A stretch of 64,000 bases of DNA from an uncultured Candidatus Saccharibacteria bacterium (GCA_964512925.1 CAZEKH010000004.1:2431-66430), one strand, 5' to 3'. Counted from the stretch's first letter, positions 1 to 9,828 are shown. The notes: generated from the letters alone by a model not told the origin. Made by a program: numbers and translations.

Positions 1-812
1 TCCCAAGCGGTTTAGGAGGAAGCGTAACTACTTTACCAACTCCAACTCCTGCTCCTACAGCAACTCCTACTCCAAACCCAACCGTAGCGCCGACTCCTGT
101 TGCAATTTCCGGACTTTTAGCGCGATACTCTTTTAACAGCTCTGATTTTAACGGTAGAATATTGGATATTTCTGGTAAAGGTATAAATCTTGATGTATAT
201 GGAGGATTTGTCTTGGAGCCGGGTAAGTTCAGCGAGTCAGGTAAATTTGACGGCGTAAGTACTTATTTAAATGGTTTTTCTGACAGTTCTTTGGCTTTAG
301 TTAACAGTTTGACTTTGTCAGCCTGGGTGAAGACAAGTTCCTCGGGTGATGACAGGGCTGTTATATCTAAATTAGATGCGGCTGGAAGAGAATATGGATA
401 TCTGCTGAAAATAAATTCAGAAGGCAATCCCGAACTTAGGATTGGCGGAAACAATTTAAGCAGCGGTTACGGACAGGATTTTACTTCATCTGTAAAAGTT
501 AACAACGGGCAATGGCGCCATATTGCCGCTGTAATAACTTTGGGGCAAGGAGTAAAACTTTATGTGGACGGACAGTTAACCAACAGTTTTAATTCTCAGG
601 TTTTGTCCAGCGCTGGCGGAGTTAATCTGCACATAGGTGTTAACCCTTGGAGGCCTTATGGCTATAATTTCAACGGAAATATTGATGAAGTCAGGATATA
701 CGGCAGGGCGCTAAGCGATGGGGAAGTTTCAAGCCTTTATACACTTGGCTCCCAAGTGCTTGGTATTTCAACCCAGCTGTTATCAACACCGGTTTGGATA
801 AATCCAAAATAG
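1..812 (+). CDS. LamG-like (concanavalin A-like lectin) domain protein, 5'-partial. The frame is open back to nt 1 through a Pro/Thr-rich linker, so the gene starts upstream of the window.
   Basis: Open frame from position 3 to 161 with no stop (PTPTPAPTATPTPNPTVAPTP linker). The LamG_3-like pattern LLARYSFNSSD...LSAWVKTSS...GYLLKIN...LYVDGQL...DEVRIY is present. Confidence 0.55.
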   Translation, partial: PSGLGGSVTTLPTPTPAPTATPTPNPTVAPTPVAISGLLARYSFNSSDFNGRILDISGKGINLDVYGGFVLEPGKFSESGKFDGVSTYLNGFSDSSLALVNSLTLSAWVKTSSSGDDRAVISKLDAAGREYGYLLKINSEGNPELRIGGNNLSSGYGQDFTSSVKVNNGQWRHIAAVITLGQGVKLYVDGQLTNSFNSQVLSSAGGVNLHIGVNPWRPYGYNFNGNIDEVRIYGRALSDGEVSSLYTLGSQVLGISTQLLSTPVWINPK

Positions 813-860
813 AACTTAAATTAAAATCCTCCCCGAAATTCACGGGGAGGATTTTAAAAA

Positions 861-1349
861 TCATTCAAATAGCTGATGTAGGTCTTTTATATGGTTGATA
901 TCAGATGTTTTAATCAGCCGGATAAAAAATTTATTTCCCAATTCTGTCAATTCATTTTCAATTTCTGGGTCAAGGGCAAAAGGGGATATCCATATACTGT
1001 TCTGCCATTTTTTAAAGCCCAAGGATTTTAGTTTGGCTCTAAGTATGCCGCGAACAAATTTTTGTTTTTCCGGGATATCAAAAATTACAATTTTCCATAC
1101 CCCGTCTTTTTGCGGCCTAAGCCTGGAGACAAGCTTTTTTGCTTCTTTGGTTGCGCGAATTTTTAATTTGCCGTTTTCTTTGACTTTATCTAGAAGACCG
1201 TTTTCGGCAAGCCTGAAAATCAAGTTATAAAATTCTTTATAAGAAGATTTTGGTTGGAGGTTTTTATGAGCATCGGCAATTTGCAAGTCAGGATTGTCTA
1301 AAAAAGCTTTAAGCGCCTCAATTGTTGATTGGTTAAAAATTCTTGCCAT
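861..1349 (-). CDS. PaaX-family transcriptional regulator-like protein
   Basis: C-terminal block DGVWKIVIFDIPEKQKFVRGILRAKLKSLGFKKWQNSIWISP matches the PaaX C-domain pattern WdGxWxlVxfdvPexxRxxRxxLRxxLxxxGFGxlxxgvWixP. The N-terminal part looks like a winged helix. Confidence 0.55.
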   Translation of the reverse strand: MARIFNQSTIEALKAFLDNPDLQIADAHKNLQPKSSYKEFYNLIFRLAENGLLDKVKENGKLKIRATKEAKKLVSRLRPQKDGVWKIVIFDIPEKQKFVRGILRAKLKSLGFKKWQNSIWISPFALDPEIENELTELGNKFFIRLIKTSDINHIKDLHQLFE

Positions 1350-1506
1350 ATACGGAATAATATTCCACTTCTAGCAATAAATCAAGAAAGTATAGGATTA
1401 TTTGCATTTTGGCGTATATTTTTGTATGGGTATTTAAATGTAGGAAATTTACCGCTAGTATTTAGCTGTTTGTTGTAAATTATGCTATAATTATTACATA
1501 AAAATT

Positions 1507-2121
1507 ATGTATTTTGCGAAACAAAATTTGTATAATAAAATTTTTATATTTTTTCTTTTGATATCTTTTGTTTTTTCTCCGGCAATTTTATCACAAAAAG
1601 AAGAATCGGGCTTTTTAAAGCAGGCAGGCGGTAATCGAAAAACTGTCAGTTTAACAGTTAAAGTATTGGAATATAACAATCCGGCTGTACAGGTAGTAGT
1701 TTACCAGACAAAGCCGCAATGCCTAACTTTGAGCAGTTCGGAAAGTAAAAATTTGTTTGACCTGCAGGCCCAGGATGGGTATGTTTTAACCGGGCCGGTT
1801 AGCTGTTTTGTTCTTGCCAAACAAATTCAGAATCAGCCCCTAGACTTAACAGATAACAGCGGATTGGCGGTTGCTCCCTTAAAAACTCAAAATAATTATG
1901 AAATAAAAGTTTTAGCTGTGGGAACGCAAAATATTGTCCGCGCTAAAATAAGCCGGGAAATAAGAATAAATTATGTTTTTTTTCCACATAATAGCGAACA
2001 GATTTTTTACAATTTTAGATATTATAATTTTTCCGGTTATGCATCAGTTAAGAACGGTGCTTTAAACCCAGGCGGTCCAACGGATGACAATCAAGCCAGG
2101 ATTTTTGAAATGCTTTGTTGA
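1507..2121 (+). CDS. hypothetical secreted protein with an N-terminal signal peptide or TM segment
   Basis: Hydrophobic N-terminus IFIFFLLISFVFSPAILSQ and an AT-rich promoter-like upstream region. No recognised domain. Confidence 0.4.
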   Translation: MYFAKQNLYNKIFIFFLLISFVFSPAILSQKEESGFLKQAGGNRKTVSLTVKVLEYNNPAVQVVVYQTKPQCLTLSSSESKNLFDLQAQDGYVLTGPVSCFVLAKQIQNQPLDLTDNSGLAVAPLKTQNNYEIKVLAVGTQNIVRAKISREIRINYVFFPHNSEQIFYNFRYYNFSGYASVKNGALNPGGPTDDNQARIFEMLC

Positions 2122-2179
2122 AATAGTTTATTTTTTTGACTTTGTATTTACCAAATTAATTTTTTTTAAATCCAATCTT

Positions 2180-2728
2180 ATGAACGACGAAATAAAAATC
2201 AACAGGCAGCCGTCACAGGCGCCTCAGTCATCAATGACTTCTGAATATAAAGAAAAAACTCAACAGGCTTCTAAAGGTCCGTGGCTTGTTTTGGCCCTGG
2301 TAGTGGCGGTAATTTTGATTTTAGGCGGACTTTTTAGGCAGAAACTGTTTTCTAAACCTGGAAGTATGCAGTCGCAAAAGGAAACTAAAACTGTTTCAGG
2401 ACAAAAATATCAGGCAGTTTTTTTGACTAACGGGCAGGTGTATTTTGGAAAGATTTCCAACACCAATTCAGACTGGGTGACTATGAGCAGTATTTATTAT
2501 CTTCAGGTAATCCAGCAGCAGCCGCTGCAAGGAACCCCGCAGGGTCAACAGCAACCTGGTCAGCAGCAAATAACTTTGGTTAAGCTGGGCCAGGAACTTC
2601 ACGGTCCGGTTGATGAAATGCATATCAACAAGCAGCAAATATTGTTTTGGGAAGATTTGAAAGCTGACGGCCAGGTGGTTCAGGCTATAGAAAAGAACCT
2701 TCAGGAAACGCAAGCGCCAGCAAAATAA
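2180..2728 (+). CDS. hypothetical membrane-anchored protein with a Gln-rich region. The likely start is the internal ATG (MNDEIKIN...).
   Basis: Single TM helix WLVLALVVAVILILGGLF and a Q-rich stretch PLQGTPQGQQQPGQQQ. A rho-independent terminator follows directly. Confidence 0.4.
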   Translation: MNDEIKINRQPSQAPQSSMTSEYKEKTQQASKGPWLVLALVVAVILILGGLFRQKLFSKPGSMQSQKETKTVSGQKYQAVFLTNGQVYFGKISNTNSDWVTMSSIYYLQVIQQQPLQGTPQGQQQPGQQQITLVKLGQELHGPVDEMHINKQQILFWEDLKADGQVVQAIEKNLQETQAPAK

Positions 2729-2737
2729 TCGGATTTA

Positions 2738-2772
2738 AAAAACCCGCCCTTTTTATAAAGGGCGGGTTTTAA
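2738..2772. terminator. bidirectional intrinsic terminator between convergent genes
   Basis: aaaaaaCCCGCCCtttttataaaGGGCGGGtttt, a perfect GC stem flanked by A and T runs on both sides. Confidence 0.8.
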
Positions 2773-2785
2773 ATTTGTATTCAGT

Positions 2786-3127
2786 TTAGACCGATTTAAC
2801 CATTTGGTCGAAAGCTTCAGGATGCTGAACAGCCATCTCTGCTAACATTTTTCTGTTTAGCTGGATGTTGTTTTTCTTCATCAAGGAAGCAAATTTGCTC
2901 CAGGTAGTGCCATTCTCTCTTAAGGCTGCATTGCAGCGAATAAGCCACAGAGCTCTGAAATCTCGTTTTTTATTGCGTCTGTCGCGATAGCTGTATGAAT
3001 CAGCTTTCAATAAAGCCATTCTGGCGGCGACAAAGTTGGTGGATCTGCGGTTGGTAAACCCCTTAGCTCTTTTTAAGAGGTTTTTTCTGCGCTTGTTTGC
3101 GGCAACGCCGCGTTTGATTCTGGTCAT
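2786..3127 (-). CDS. rplT: 50S ribosomal protein L20
   Basis: MTRIKRGVAANKRRKNLLKRAKGF...YRDRRNKKRDFRALWLIRCNAA matches the L20 consensus. It follows the infC-rpmI-rplT operon order. Confidence 0.92.
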   Translation of the reverse strand: MTRIKRGVAANKRRKNLLKRAKGFTNRRSTNFVAARMALLKADSYSYRDRRNKKRDFRALWLIRCNAALRENGTTWSKFASLMKKNNIQLNRKMLAEMAVQHPEAFDQMVKSV

Positions 3128-3130
3128 AGT

Positions 3131-3219
3131 TGCGACACTAATTTACGAATTGCACACGAATCACCCGAATTAGTGTCATTCGAGTCTTAATTCGGATCAT
3201 TCGAGTCGGTTAATTATTT
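3131..3219 (-). repeat. about 88-nt leader element, copy 1, immediately upstream of rplT
   Basis: TTGCGACACTAATTTACGAATTGCACACGAATCACCCGAATTAGTGTCATTCGAGTCTTAATTCGGATCATTCGAGTCGGTTAATTATTT is nearly identical to the copy at 3418-3506. It contains internal inverted repeats (CCGAATTA...TAATTCGG) and direct repeats (ATTCGAGTC x2). Confidence 0.85.
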
Positions 3220-3408
3220 GTATGGAATTAAGCTTTTAAGCTTGTCGTTGGTTTTGTGGAGGGAAAAGTCTCGACGTTTGTTTTTTGTAACTTTGCCTGA
3301 CTCTCTGGAATTAAAGTGGTTCTGTCCGGCTCGCCTGACTAGCATTTTACCTTTTTTACTGATCTTAATGCGTTTGGCTGTTCCTTGATGGGTTTTTACT
3401 TTTGGCAT
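3214..3408 (-). CDS. rpmI: 50S ribosomal protein L35. The true start is MPKVKTH; the ORF-track N-terminal extension MCNSKIRVAIIT is read from the leader repeat.
   Basis: MPKVKTHQGTAKRIKISKKGKMLVRRAGQNHF matches the L35 consensus MPKxKTHxGxAKR. It sits in operon context. Confidence 0.85.
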   Translation of the reverse strand: MPKVKTHQGTAKRIKISKKGKMLVRRAGQNHFNSRESGKVTKNKRRDFSLHKTNDKLKSLIPYK

Positions 3409-3417
3409 AGTGATTAT

Positions 3418-3506
3418 TGCGACCCTAATTTTCGAATTGCACACGAATCACCCGAATTAGTGTCATTCGAGTCTTAATTCGGATCATTCGAGTCGGTTAA
3501 TTATTT
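3418..3506 (-). repeat. about 88-nt leader element, copy 2, between infC stop and rpmI start
   Basis: Near-identical to the copy at 3131-3219, differing only in the first ~12 nt. Confidence 0.85.
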
Positions 3507-4007
3507 TGATGGAGCTATAAGTAAGGAAAAGGTGCCGCCCATTTTTTTGATCGGGATTTCTATCCGGAACGGAACGGAGATGAACTTTAAGAAAGTATCT
3601 AAGTGTTCCTTGCCAAGATGGGCGTAGGCTTGCTCCCGACCGCGCATCCGAAGCTCAATTTTTACCAAATCGCCATCATTTAGAAATTCGTCTATCTTTT
3701 TTGCCTTTACTTGCATATCGTGTTCGGAAATTCTGACAGAAATCCAGATGGTTTTTACTTCGGTTTTTTGGGAATTTTTCTTTTGCAAGGCTTCGGCTTT
3801 CTTTTGCTGATATTTGTATTTGGCAAAATCTATCACTTTGCAGACCGGGGGTTTTGCCATAGGCGCAACCTCCACCAAATCTAAGCCATTGTCAGTGGCT
3901 AATTTTAAAGCCTCAGAGGTTTTCATTACCCCGATTTGCTGGCCTTCTTCGTTTATTACCCGAACTTCGGGCACGTTGATTTGATGATTTAGTCTGACTT
4001 TAAGCAA
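3501..4007 (-). CDS. infC: translation initiation factor IF-3
   Basis: INVPEVRVINEEGQQIGVMKTSEALKLATDNGLDLVEVAPMAKPPVCKVIDFAKYKY is a typical IF3 N-domain plus linker. The gene heads the L35-L20 operon. Confidence 0.88.
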   Translation of the reverse strand: MLKVRLNHQINVPEVRVINEEGQQIGVMKTSEALKLATDNGLDLVEVAPMAKPPVCKVIDFAKYKYQQKKAEALQKKNSQKTEVKTIWISVRISEHDMQVKAKKIDEFLNDGDLVKIELRMRGREQAYAHLGKEHLDTFLKFISVPFRIEIPIKKMGGTFSLLIAPSK

Positions 4008-4210
4008 TATGTTTTGTATTTAAAAAGCTAATAGATTATAGCCTGGATTGTGGAAATTGTCAATAAAATTCAGTTAAATGACGGAAATTCGAACAAAAAC
4101 CAAAAACTAGCGCTGTTTCATTTATATTTTGTCAGTCAATCCGTTTCCCATACCCCTTAAATATAGTTATTTGCTGGAATTGACTCGTCAGGTTTAAAAA
4201 TAAAACGGCA

Positions 4211-5560
4211 CTAGAATAATAAAGATAAAATCGTTGCAATTGCGATTACAAGCATAAGCAGTACTGTCAGCCAGCCGAAAAAGTTAGCAAATTTCCCATT
4301 TTTCCATTGTTTCATTATTTTGGCGCTGCCGGATATTTTGACTATCAGGATTAAAATTATCGGCGCAATAAGCCCGTTTAAAACCGCGGAATATATCAGG
4401 GCGCGCATTGAATCCAGGCCGGAAAAATTTATCAAGAGGCCCAAAATCATAGAAATGCCAATGATAGTATAAAAAGCCACGGCCTTTTTTGGTTTTCTGT
4501 ATAGGCCGTTTCGTAAGCCAAAAGCTTCTGACAGCGCATAGGCAGCGCCGCCGGCCAGGATGGGCACGGCTAAAAGACCGGTGCCGATGATGCCTAAAGT
4601 AAAAAGTAAAAATGCCCGGTTGCCGGCCAGCGGCCTTAAAGCTTCTGCCGCTTCAGATGCGTTGGAAATATTGTGGATGCCATTCGGATACAAAGTGGCG
4701 GCGCAAGTCATAATGATGAAAAACATTACCAGGTTGGAAAAAAACATTCCGGTCCAGACATCTTTTCTCATCTCAGTAATTTCTTCGGGCTGTGTTTCAG
4801 CTTGCCTCAGTTTTAGGGTGGTTTTGCCGCTGAGTATTTCTTCTTCAACTTCCTGGGAAGTCTGCCAAAAGAACAGGTACGGCGAAATAGTGGTGCCTAA
4901 AATTGCGCATACTAACAAAATTTGTCCGCGGTCAAAGCCGAGGTGGGGAACCAGGGAATGATAAGCCAGCTGTCTTGCGTCAATATCTAAAAGCAAGCCC
5001 GTAAAGATGTAGGCCATCAGGGTAAAGGCCATCCATTTTAAATATCTGGCGTAGTTTTTATAGCTGACAAAAAACTGTAAAAGCAGAGATAGACAGCTAA
5101 AAAAGATCACTAAAACCGTGAAATTCCCATTTGGCCACAACAATTTAACTGCCTGGGCCATAGCCCCGAGGTCGGCTCCTAGGTTAAAAGTATTGGCAAA
5201 AAACAGCAACCCGGTAGTCAAATACAAAACCCATTTGGGAAAATGAGCTCGTATATTTGCGGCAAGGCCACGGCCTGTGACAATGCCGATCCTGGCGCAC
5301 ATTTCTTGAATAACTGCCATTATGGGAAAAGTCAGGGGAGCTAGCCATAAGAACTGAAAACCGTATTTAGCTCCGGCTTGAGAGTAGGTGGCGATGCCGG
5401 AAGGGTCGTCGTCAGCTGCCCCGGTTGTAAGTCCTGGCCCTAAATTGTTCCAGTAGTTTTCGGCTTTAGACAAAGCCCTGCGGCGGAAATTTTTGACCGA
5501 AAAATATTTATCTTCCGACTGATTTTTGTTTGTTGGTTTCAATTTTTTTGTTGCAGCCAT
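4211..5560 (-). CDS. mntH: NRAMP-family divalent metal (Mn2+/Fe2+) transporter
   Basis: GPGLTTGAADDDPSGIATYSQAGAKYGFQFLWL...MAVIQEMCARIGIVTG is the NRAMP signature. The protein is polytopic. Confidence 0.8.
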   Translation of the reverse strand: MAATKKLKPTNKNQSEDKYFSVKNFRRRALSKAENYWNNLGPGLTTGAADDDPSGIATYSQAGAKYGFQFLWLAPLTFPIMAVIQEMCARIGIVTGRGLAANIRAHFPKWVLYLTTGLLFFANTFNLGADLGAMAQAVKLLWPNGNFTVLVIFFSCLSLLLQFFVSYKNYARYLKWMAFTLMAYIFTGLLLDIDARQLAYHSLVPHLGFDRGQILLVCAILGTTISPYLFFWQTSQEVEEEILSGKTTLKLRQAETQPEEITEMRKDVWTGMFFSNLVMFFIIMTCAATLYPNGIHNISNASEAAEALRPLAGNRAFLLFTLGIIGTGLLAVPILAGGAAYALSEAFGLRNGLYRKPKKAVAFYTIIGISMILGLLINFSGLDSMRALIYSAVLNGLIAPIILILIVKISGSAKIMKQWKNGKFANFFGWLTVLLMLVIAIATILSLLF

Positions 5561-5640
5561 TAGAAAAATACTGGCTTAGAAAACTATAAGGCTTGGAAAT
5601 ATTGTGGCAAATTTTTAAATCCAAAGCAAGCGTTAAAATA

Positions 5641-6357
5641 TTATTTTTTTAACGAAAATTCCGCCCTGACAGTTACCATAACTTCTTTATTGATCTTTGA
5701 GGTGTCGTATGAGCCGTAATCTGACACTTCCTGACTGCCTTCGGACAAAACCTGGACAACGCCCTGACTGGCGTTTTTCAGGCTGCCGAGTTTTTTGCCT
5801 CCGCTTTCAGCGATTTGCCCTGCCCTTTGGGAGGCGTCTTTCATCGCGTCTTTCAAAAGCTCCACCCTCAGGCCGGACAGTTTGCTATAAGAATATTCCA
5901 AACTGCCTGAGGATATCAGAACGCCTTTGTTGATAAGTTCGGAAATATTTTTTGCCATTGAAGTTAGTTTTTCAACTTCGGTGGAGGAGATTTCAAATGT
6001 TTGACTGAGGACGTATTCGGGGTTGTTGTTGTAGATGTATGGCTGGGTTTGCGAGACTGGGGAGAAAGTTTCATTGCCGGTTTGAATATTGTTTTTTTTG
6101 AAAAATGCAACAACAGACAAACGATCGGCTTCTAGCTGTTCATAGGCTTGTTTTAGCCCGCTGTCAGACGGGGCGGTACGGGTGTAAAAACCTGTCCATT
6201 TGACCGTATCGGACACTACTTTTTTTCTGGCAGAGCCTGTTACAGACAGGCTGTTTTCCAGATTTTTACTTTGTAAAAAAAATCCTCCGACAATGCTAAA
6301 ACTCACAATCATTCCTACAGCTAGTATCAAGCTAGGTTTGGTAAAGTTATTTTCCAT
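5641..6357 (-). CDS. SIMPL/DUF541-family protein (periplasmic immunogenic-protein-like), N-terminal TM anchor
   Basis: Signal or TM segment LILAVGMIVSFSIVGGFFL followed by a SIMPL-like pattern (SVTGSARKKV...VMVTVRAEFSL). Confidence 0.5.
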   Translation of the reverse strand: MENNFTKPSLILAVGMIVSFSIVGGFFLQSKNLENSLSVTGSARKKVVSDTVKWTGFYTRTAPSDSGLKQAYEQLEADRLSVVAFFKKNNIQTGNETFSPVSQTQPYIYNNNPEYVLSQTFEISSTEVEKLTSMAKNISELINKGVLISSGSLEYSYSKLSGLRVELLKDAMKDASQRAGQIAESGGKKLGSLKNASQGVVQVLSEGSQEVSDYGSYDTSKINKEVMVTVRAEFSLKK

Positions 6358-6380
6358 ATTTTTTTACTTACTACTTACTA

Positions 6381-7088
6381 CTATACAATATCAGTGAACA
6401 CTTGTAAATTTTTTATTTTATACAACCCTAAAACGGGCAGTTCGTTGAGTTTTTGAGAATTTTCCTTAAACCTATTAAAAGCCTCAGCTTTTTCCCGGCC
6501 ACAGATGAGAGCAACCGCATCATCTACCATAGAAAATAAAGGAAATGTTCCAGTAATTCTTTCCGGGTATTCGTGTTTGTCAAAGGCGGTGTAAGCGGCT
6601 ATCCAATTTTCAGATTCAAATAACTGCTTAAAAAACTCCGGATTGTCAGGATAGGGGAAGATGCCGGCTGTATGGCCGTCTTTACCCATACCAAATGTCG
6701 CCACTATTTTGCCTGTGGGATGTTGCTGCCGCCATTTTTTTAAACGCTCTTCAAACCTTTTGCCGGCTTGCTCTAGAGTTTCTTCAGGCCTGGGTAGGGT
6801 GCCAAAGAAATTGACATTTTGGCTTAAAGCCATTTCATAGAAGTCGGTTTTTTGTAGCCTAGTAAAGTTGTTAACTTTTTCGTCCTGGGTAAACCTTTCA
6901 TCCATTACCGTGACGGTTAAATGCTCTCCCATCGCGCTTTCCGGGATACGGTTTAAAAGTTCCAGAGCAGAGCCGCCAGAGCTTAAAAGCAGGGTAGGAA
7001 AAGCCTTATATGAAAGTAAAATGTCCGCCAAAGCCTGTCCGGCTGCGGCTATGGTCATATCCTGGTTGGTAAAAGCTTGAATATTCAT
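6381..7088 (-). CDS. 6-phosphogluconolactonase / glucosamine-6-phosphate deaminase (NagB/Pgl) family protein
   Basis: LLLSSGGSALELL...HLTVTVMDERF matches the lactonase motifs SGGS...DER. Confidence 0.55.
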   Translation of the reverse strand: MNIQAFTNQDMTIAAAGQALADILLSYKAFPTLLLSSGGSALELLNRIPESAMGEHLTVTVMDERFTQDEKVNNFTRLQKTDFYEMALSQNVNFFGTLPRPEETLEQAGKRFEERLKKWRQQHPTGKIVATFGMGKDGHTAGIFPYPDNPEFFKQLFESENWIAAYTAFDKHEYPERITGTFPLFSMVDDAVALICGREKAEAFNRFKENSQKLNELPVLGLYKIKNLQVFTDIV

Positions 7089-7142
7089 AAAACTAAGAAT
7101 AGTTATGATATAATATGGTTATAATAACAGAAATAAAATATT

Positions 7143-9761
7143 ATGAAAATTTGGAATTTTGGGAAACGTTTTTGGTTATATAGATCGGTAAATTTAATAT
7201 TGGCTTTGATTTTAAGTTTCGGGTTTATGGTCAAGCCTGCCGAGGCGGATAGCCTGCAAGGCTTGAAAGTTCCGTCTGTGTTGTCGCAGAATACTCCAGA
7301 GCTTTTGGCTGACTTTAACAATGTCCGGGCAAAGGTCAGTGTATATCTAGATGGTTGGGAAGCGGGAAAAGCCAGGCTTAGGGTCGATATGCAAAGATTG
7401 TATCAAGATTCAGCAAGTGTAATAGGTTACCGCCTGCGTATTTTTCCTTATGGAAAAACTTCAGTTAGAGATTATTTGCATTATGAATTTGCCGGCACTA
7501 ATGATAGCCAATATACCAGATATGTTTTTAATCCTGATCAGAAGTATTGGGTTGAATATCTGTTGAGATATAAATCGGGGAGCGTTGTATATCTGTACCG
7601 TATTGCCAGGCTGGAGATTATAATCCCGAAAGAAGAGTCCGGAGCTTCTTCGTCAACTCCGCTTCCGACAATTTATCCATCCCCGATAATTTCTGTGGTT
7701 CCGACGGTGTATCCGACGGTTGTACCTACTATTGTCCCAACTCCAGCACCCCTAGTCCAGACACAAACCGGAATAGAGGTTTCCTATCTAGGCAAGCTTG
7801 GTGATTTTACCGGCGCGGGCAACTATTTGCCTGACGGAGCTTCGGATTCCGGCATCAGGGTTAAGCTGGTTGGTCAAAAATCCGAAACAATCTCCAAGCT
7901 GGAAGTTAAAAGCAGTATCGGAGGAGTTTGGAATACCGCGCAGAATAGCCCGAATTGGTATTTAAAAGGGGTTTTGGATTCAAACGGAATACTTTTAAAC
8001 ACGCCCCTTAGAACTGTTAACTTTCCGCTAAATCCGAGTCAAACTTTTACTATTTATTTTTCAGACACCTTAAATAATGATTATGTGCCAGCCGGGTCAG
8101 TTTTAACTGTTTTGGTTACTTTAAGCAGCGGCCAGGAAATTTCGGCAAATGTTTTTGCCATACCCGGCGCTACAGGAGCGTCGCAAACAAATTCTGGCAA
8201 TCCCCCTCAGCCAGGCGGTAGTCCTAACTTGGAAATAGATACTGCCAATATAGTGAATTTCAGTCCGGTGAATAAGTCTGTAAATGAGCCGAGTAGAAAT
8301 GTAAACGGGCAGCCGGTAGTCAGACTGGACACAGACGGCAATGCCATAGACGCGCATGATGGAGAGATTAAAAAATTTGGCAATACTTACTATTTGTATG
8401 GAACCAGCTATAACTGCGGTTTTGAATATTTAAGTTACAACCAAAAACCTTTCTGCGGGTTTAAGTCGTATTCTTCGCAAGATATGGTGCATTGGAAAGA
8501 CGAAGGACTGCTTTTTGACCCGAGTTCCCAGTACTGGCAAACTTTGTGCGCTAGCTTAGGCTGCTTTAGGCCGCATATGATATATAACCAGCAAACCGGT
8601 CAATACGTCCTTTGGATAAATGCTGCGACAAATGATGTCGGTTACAGGGTATTGACCAGTAGTTCGCCGGTTTCCGGATTTGTGCTGCAAAGTTTGCCAA
8701 ATCAAATGAAGCGCAAAGCTTGGGCAGGGGATCATAACTTGTTTGTAGATGACAACGGTTCAGCTTATATCATCGGCACAAACTATGGAGTTGAGGGAGA
8801 GGTGTTTAAGCTGGTGGTTGAAAAGTTAAACGGCAGTTATACCGATGCAACCGGGGAGTTTTCGTATGTCAGTCAGGAAGGCTTGGGAGAAGCCCCTTCA
8901 ATAGTAAAAAGAAACGGTATATATTATTTGCTATACAATCCTGGATGCCCGTATTGCCCGGAAAGCCCTACCAGGTATTTTACTTCTTTTTCCCCAATGG
9001 GTCCTTGGGTCTATAAAGGCGAGATTTCTGCCACTTCCTGCGGTGGGCAGCCAGCCCATATAGAAAAAATCGGTGACAGATATTTATATATGAGTGATTT
9101 GTGGCACCAAAACAAACCTTTTGTTTTTACCGAAGAAACTAAGCATAAAATTTATAAAAACCAAGGCAGGGCTAACTATTTCTGGAGCACTTTGTCTTTT
9201 GCTTCAGACGGCAGTTTACAGCCTTTGGTATGCAGTCAGAGTTTGCCCAATCCTTTTGTGGTTTCTTCAGGCAGTCAAAAGTCGATTTATAACCTTGATC
9301 AGTCTTCCGGGGTTTCTGGATTTTCCCAGGTTTGCGATATAGACAGCACAAAGCCTCGTTTACAAAAGTTCACAGCAGGAAAAACCGGCAGGCTAAATTC
9401 CGTAAGTGTCAATGTGTTTCAAAGCGGCCAGTTGGGAGATGCTTTTGTAAATGGGGATTTGGTTTTGGAAATCTCGGAGATGTCAGGTAGCCAGCCGGGC
9501 AGTGTGTTGTATTCGCAAGTAGTGGCGAAAAATGCCATAGGTTTTTCCGCTAGGAAAGTAACCATCCAGCCAAACATATCAGTCAGCGCAGGTAAAACTT
9601 ATGCTGTAACCCTTAAAACTTCATCCCAAGGTCAGGGCTGTTATGGAGTTTTGTACAGTGATGCCAACCCATATAACTTAGGCGAGTCAATGGTATTTGG
9701 TGGCGGAGGTTATACTGCTGAAACCAACCGGGATATAAAATTTGAAACTCAAGTACAGTAA
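7143..9761 (+). CDS. secreted glycoside-hydrolase-like protein with a five-bladed beta-propeller (GH43-like) core
   Basis: Signal peptide followed by a Pro/Thr/Val-rich linker (PTVYPTVVPTIVPTPAP). The propeller motifs are DAHDGEIKKFGNTYYLYGTSY, WKDEGLLF, YVLWINA and EAPSIVKRNGIYYLLYN. Confidence 0.5.
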   Translation: MKIWNFGKRFWLYRSVNLILALILSFGFMVKPAEADSLQGLKVPSVLSQNTPELLADFNNVRAKVSVYLDGWEAGKARLRVDMQRLYQDSASVIGYRLRIFPYGKTSVRDYLHYEFAGTNDSQYTRYVFNPDQKYWVEYLLRYKSGSVVYLYRIARLEIIIPKEESGASSSTPLPTIYPSPIISVVPTVYPTVVPTIVPTPAPLVQTQTGIEVSYLGKLGDFTGAGNYLPDGASDSGIRVKLVGQKSETISKLEVKSSIGGVWNTAQNSPNWYLKGVLDSNGILLNTPLRTVNFPLNPSQTFTIYFSDTLNNDYVPAGSVLTVLVTLSSGQEISANVFAIPGATGASQTNSGNPPQPGGSPNLEIDTANIVNFSPVNKSVNEPSRNVNGQPVVRLDTDGNAIDAHDGEIKKFGNTYYLYGTSYNCGFEYLSYNQKPFCGFKSYSSQDMVHWKDEGLLFDPSSQYWQTLCASLGCFRPHMIYNQQTGQYVLWINAATNDVGYRVLTSSSPVSGFVLQSLPNQMKRKAWAGDHNLFVDDNGSAYIIGTNYGVEGEVFKLVVEKLNGSYTDATGEFSYVSQEGLGEAPSIVKRNGIYYLLYNPGCPYCPESPTRYFTSFSPMGPWVYKGEISATSCGGQPAHIEKIGDRYLYMSDLWHQNKPFVFTEETKHKIYKNQGRANYFWSTLSFASDGSLQPLVCSQSLPNPFVVSSGSQKSIYNLDQSSGVSGFSQVCDIDSTKPRLQKFTAGKTGRLNSVSVNVFQSGQLGDAFVNGDLVLEISEMSGSQPGSVLYSQVVAKNAIGFSARKVTIQPNISVSAGKTYAVTLKTSSQGQGCYGVLYSDANPYNLGESMVFGGGGYTAETNRDIKFETQVQ

Positions 9762-9828
9762 AGGTTCTAAAGCAAGCAGTTTAATTCAATTTAAGTAACA
9801 AAAAAACTCTCTAAGTGAGAGTATGGGG

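Noticed and set aside
3409-3444. Longer rpmI start (MCNSKIRVAIIT...) from the ORF track
   Set aside because: The extension is translated from the duplicated 88-nt leader repeat. The L35 consensus begins at MPKVKTH, at the ATG ending at 3408.
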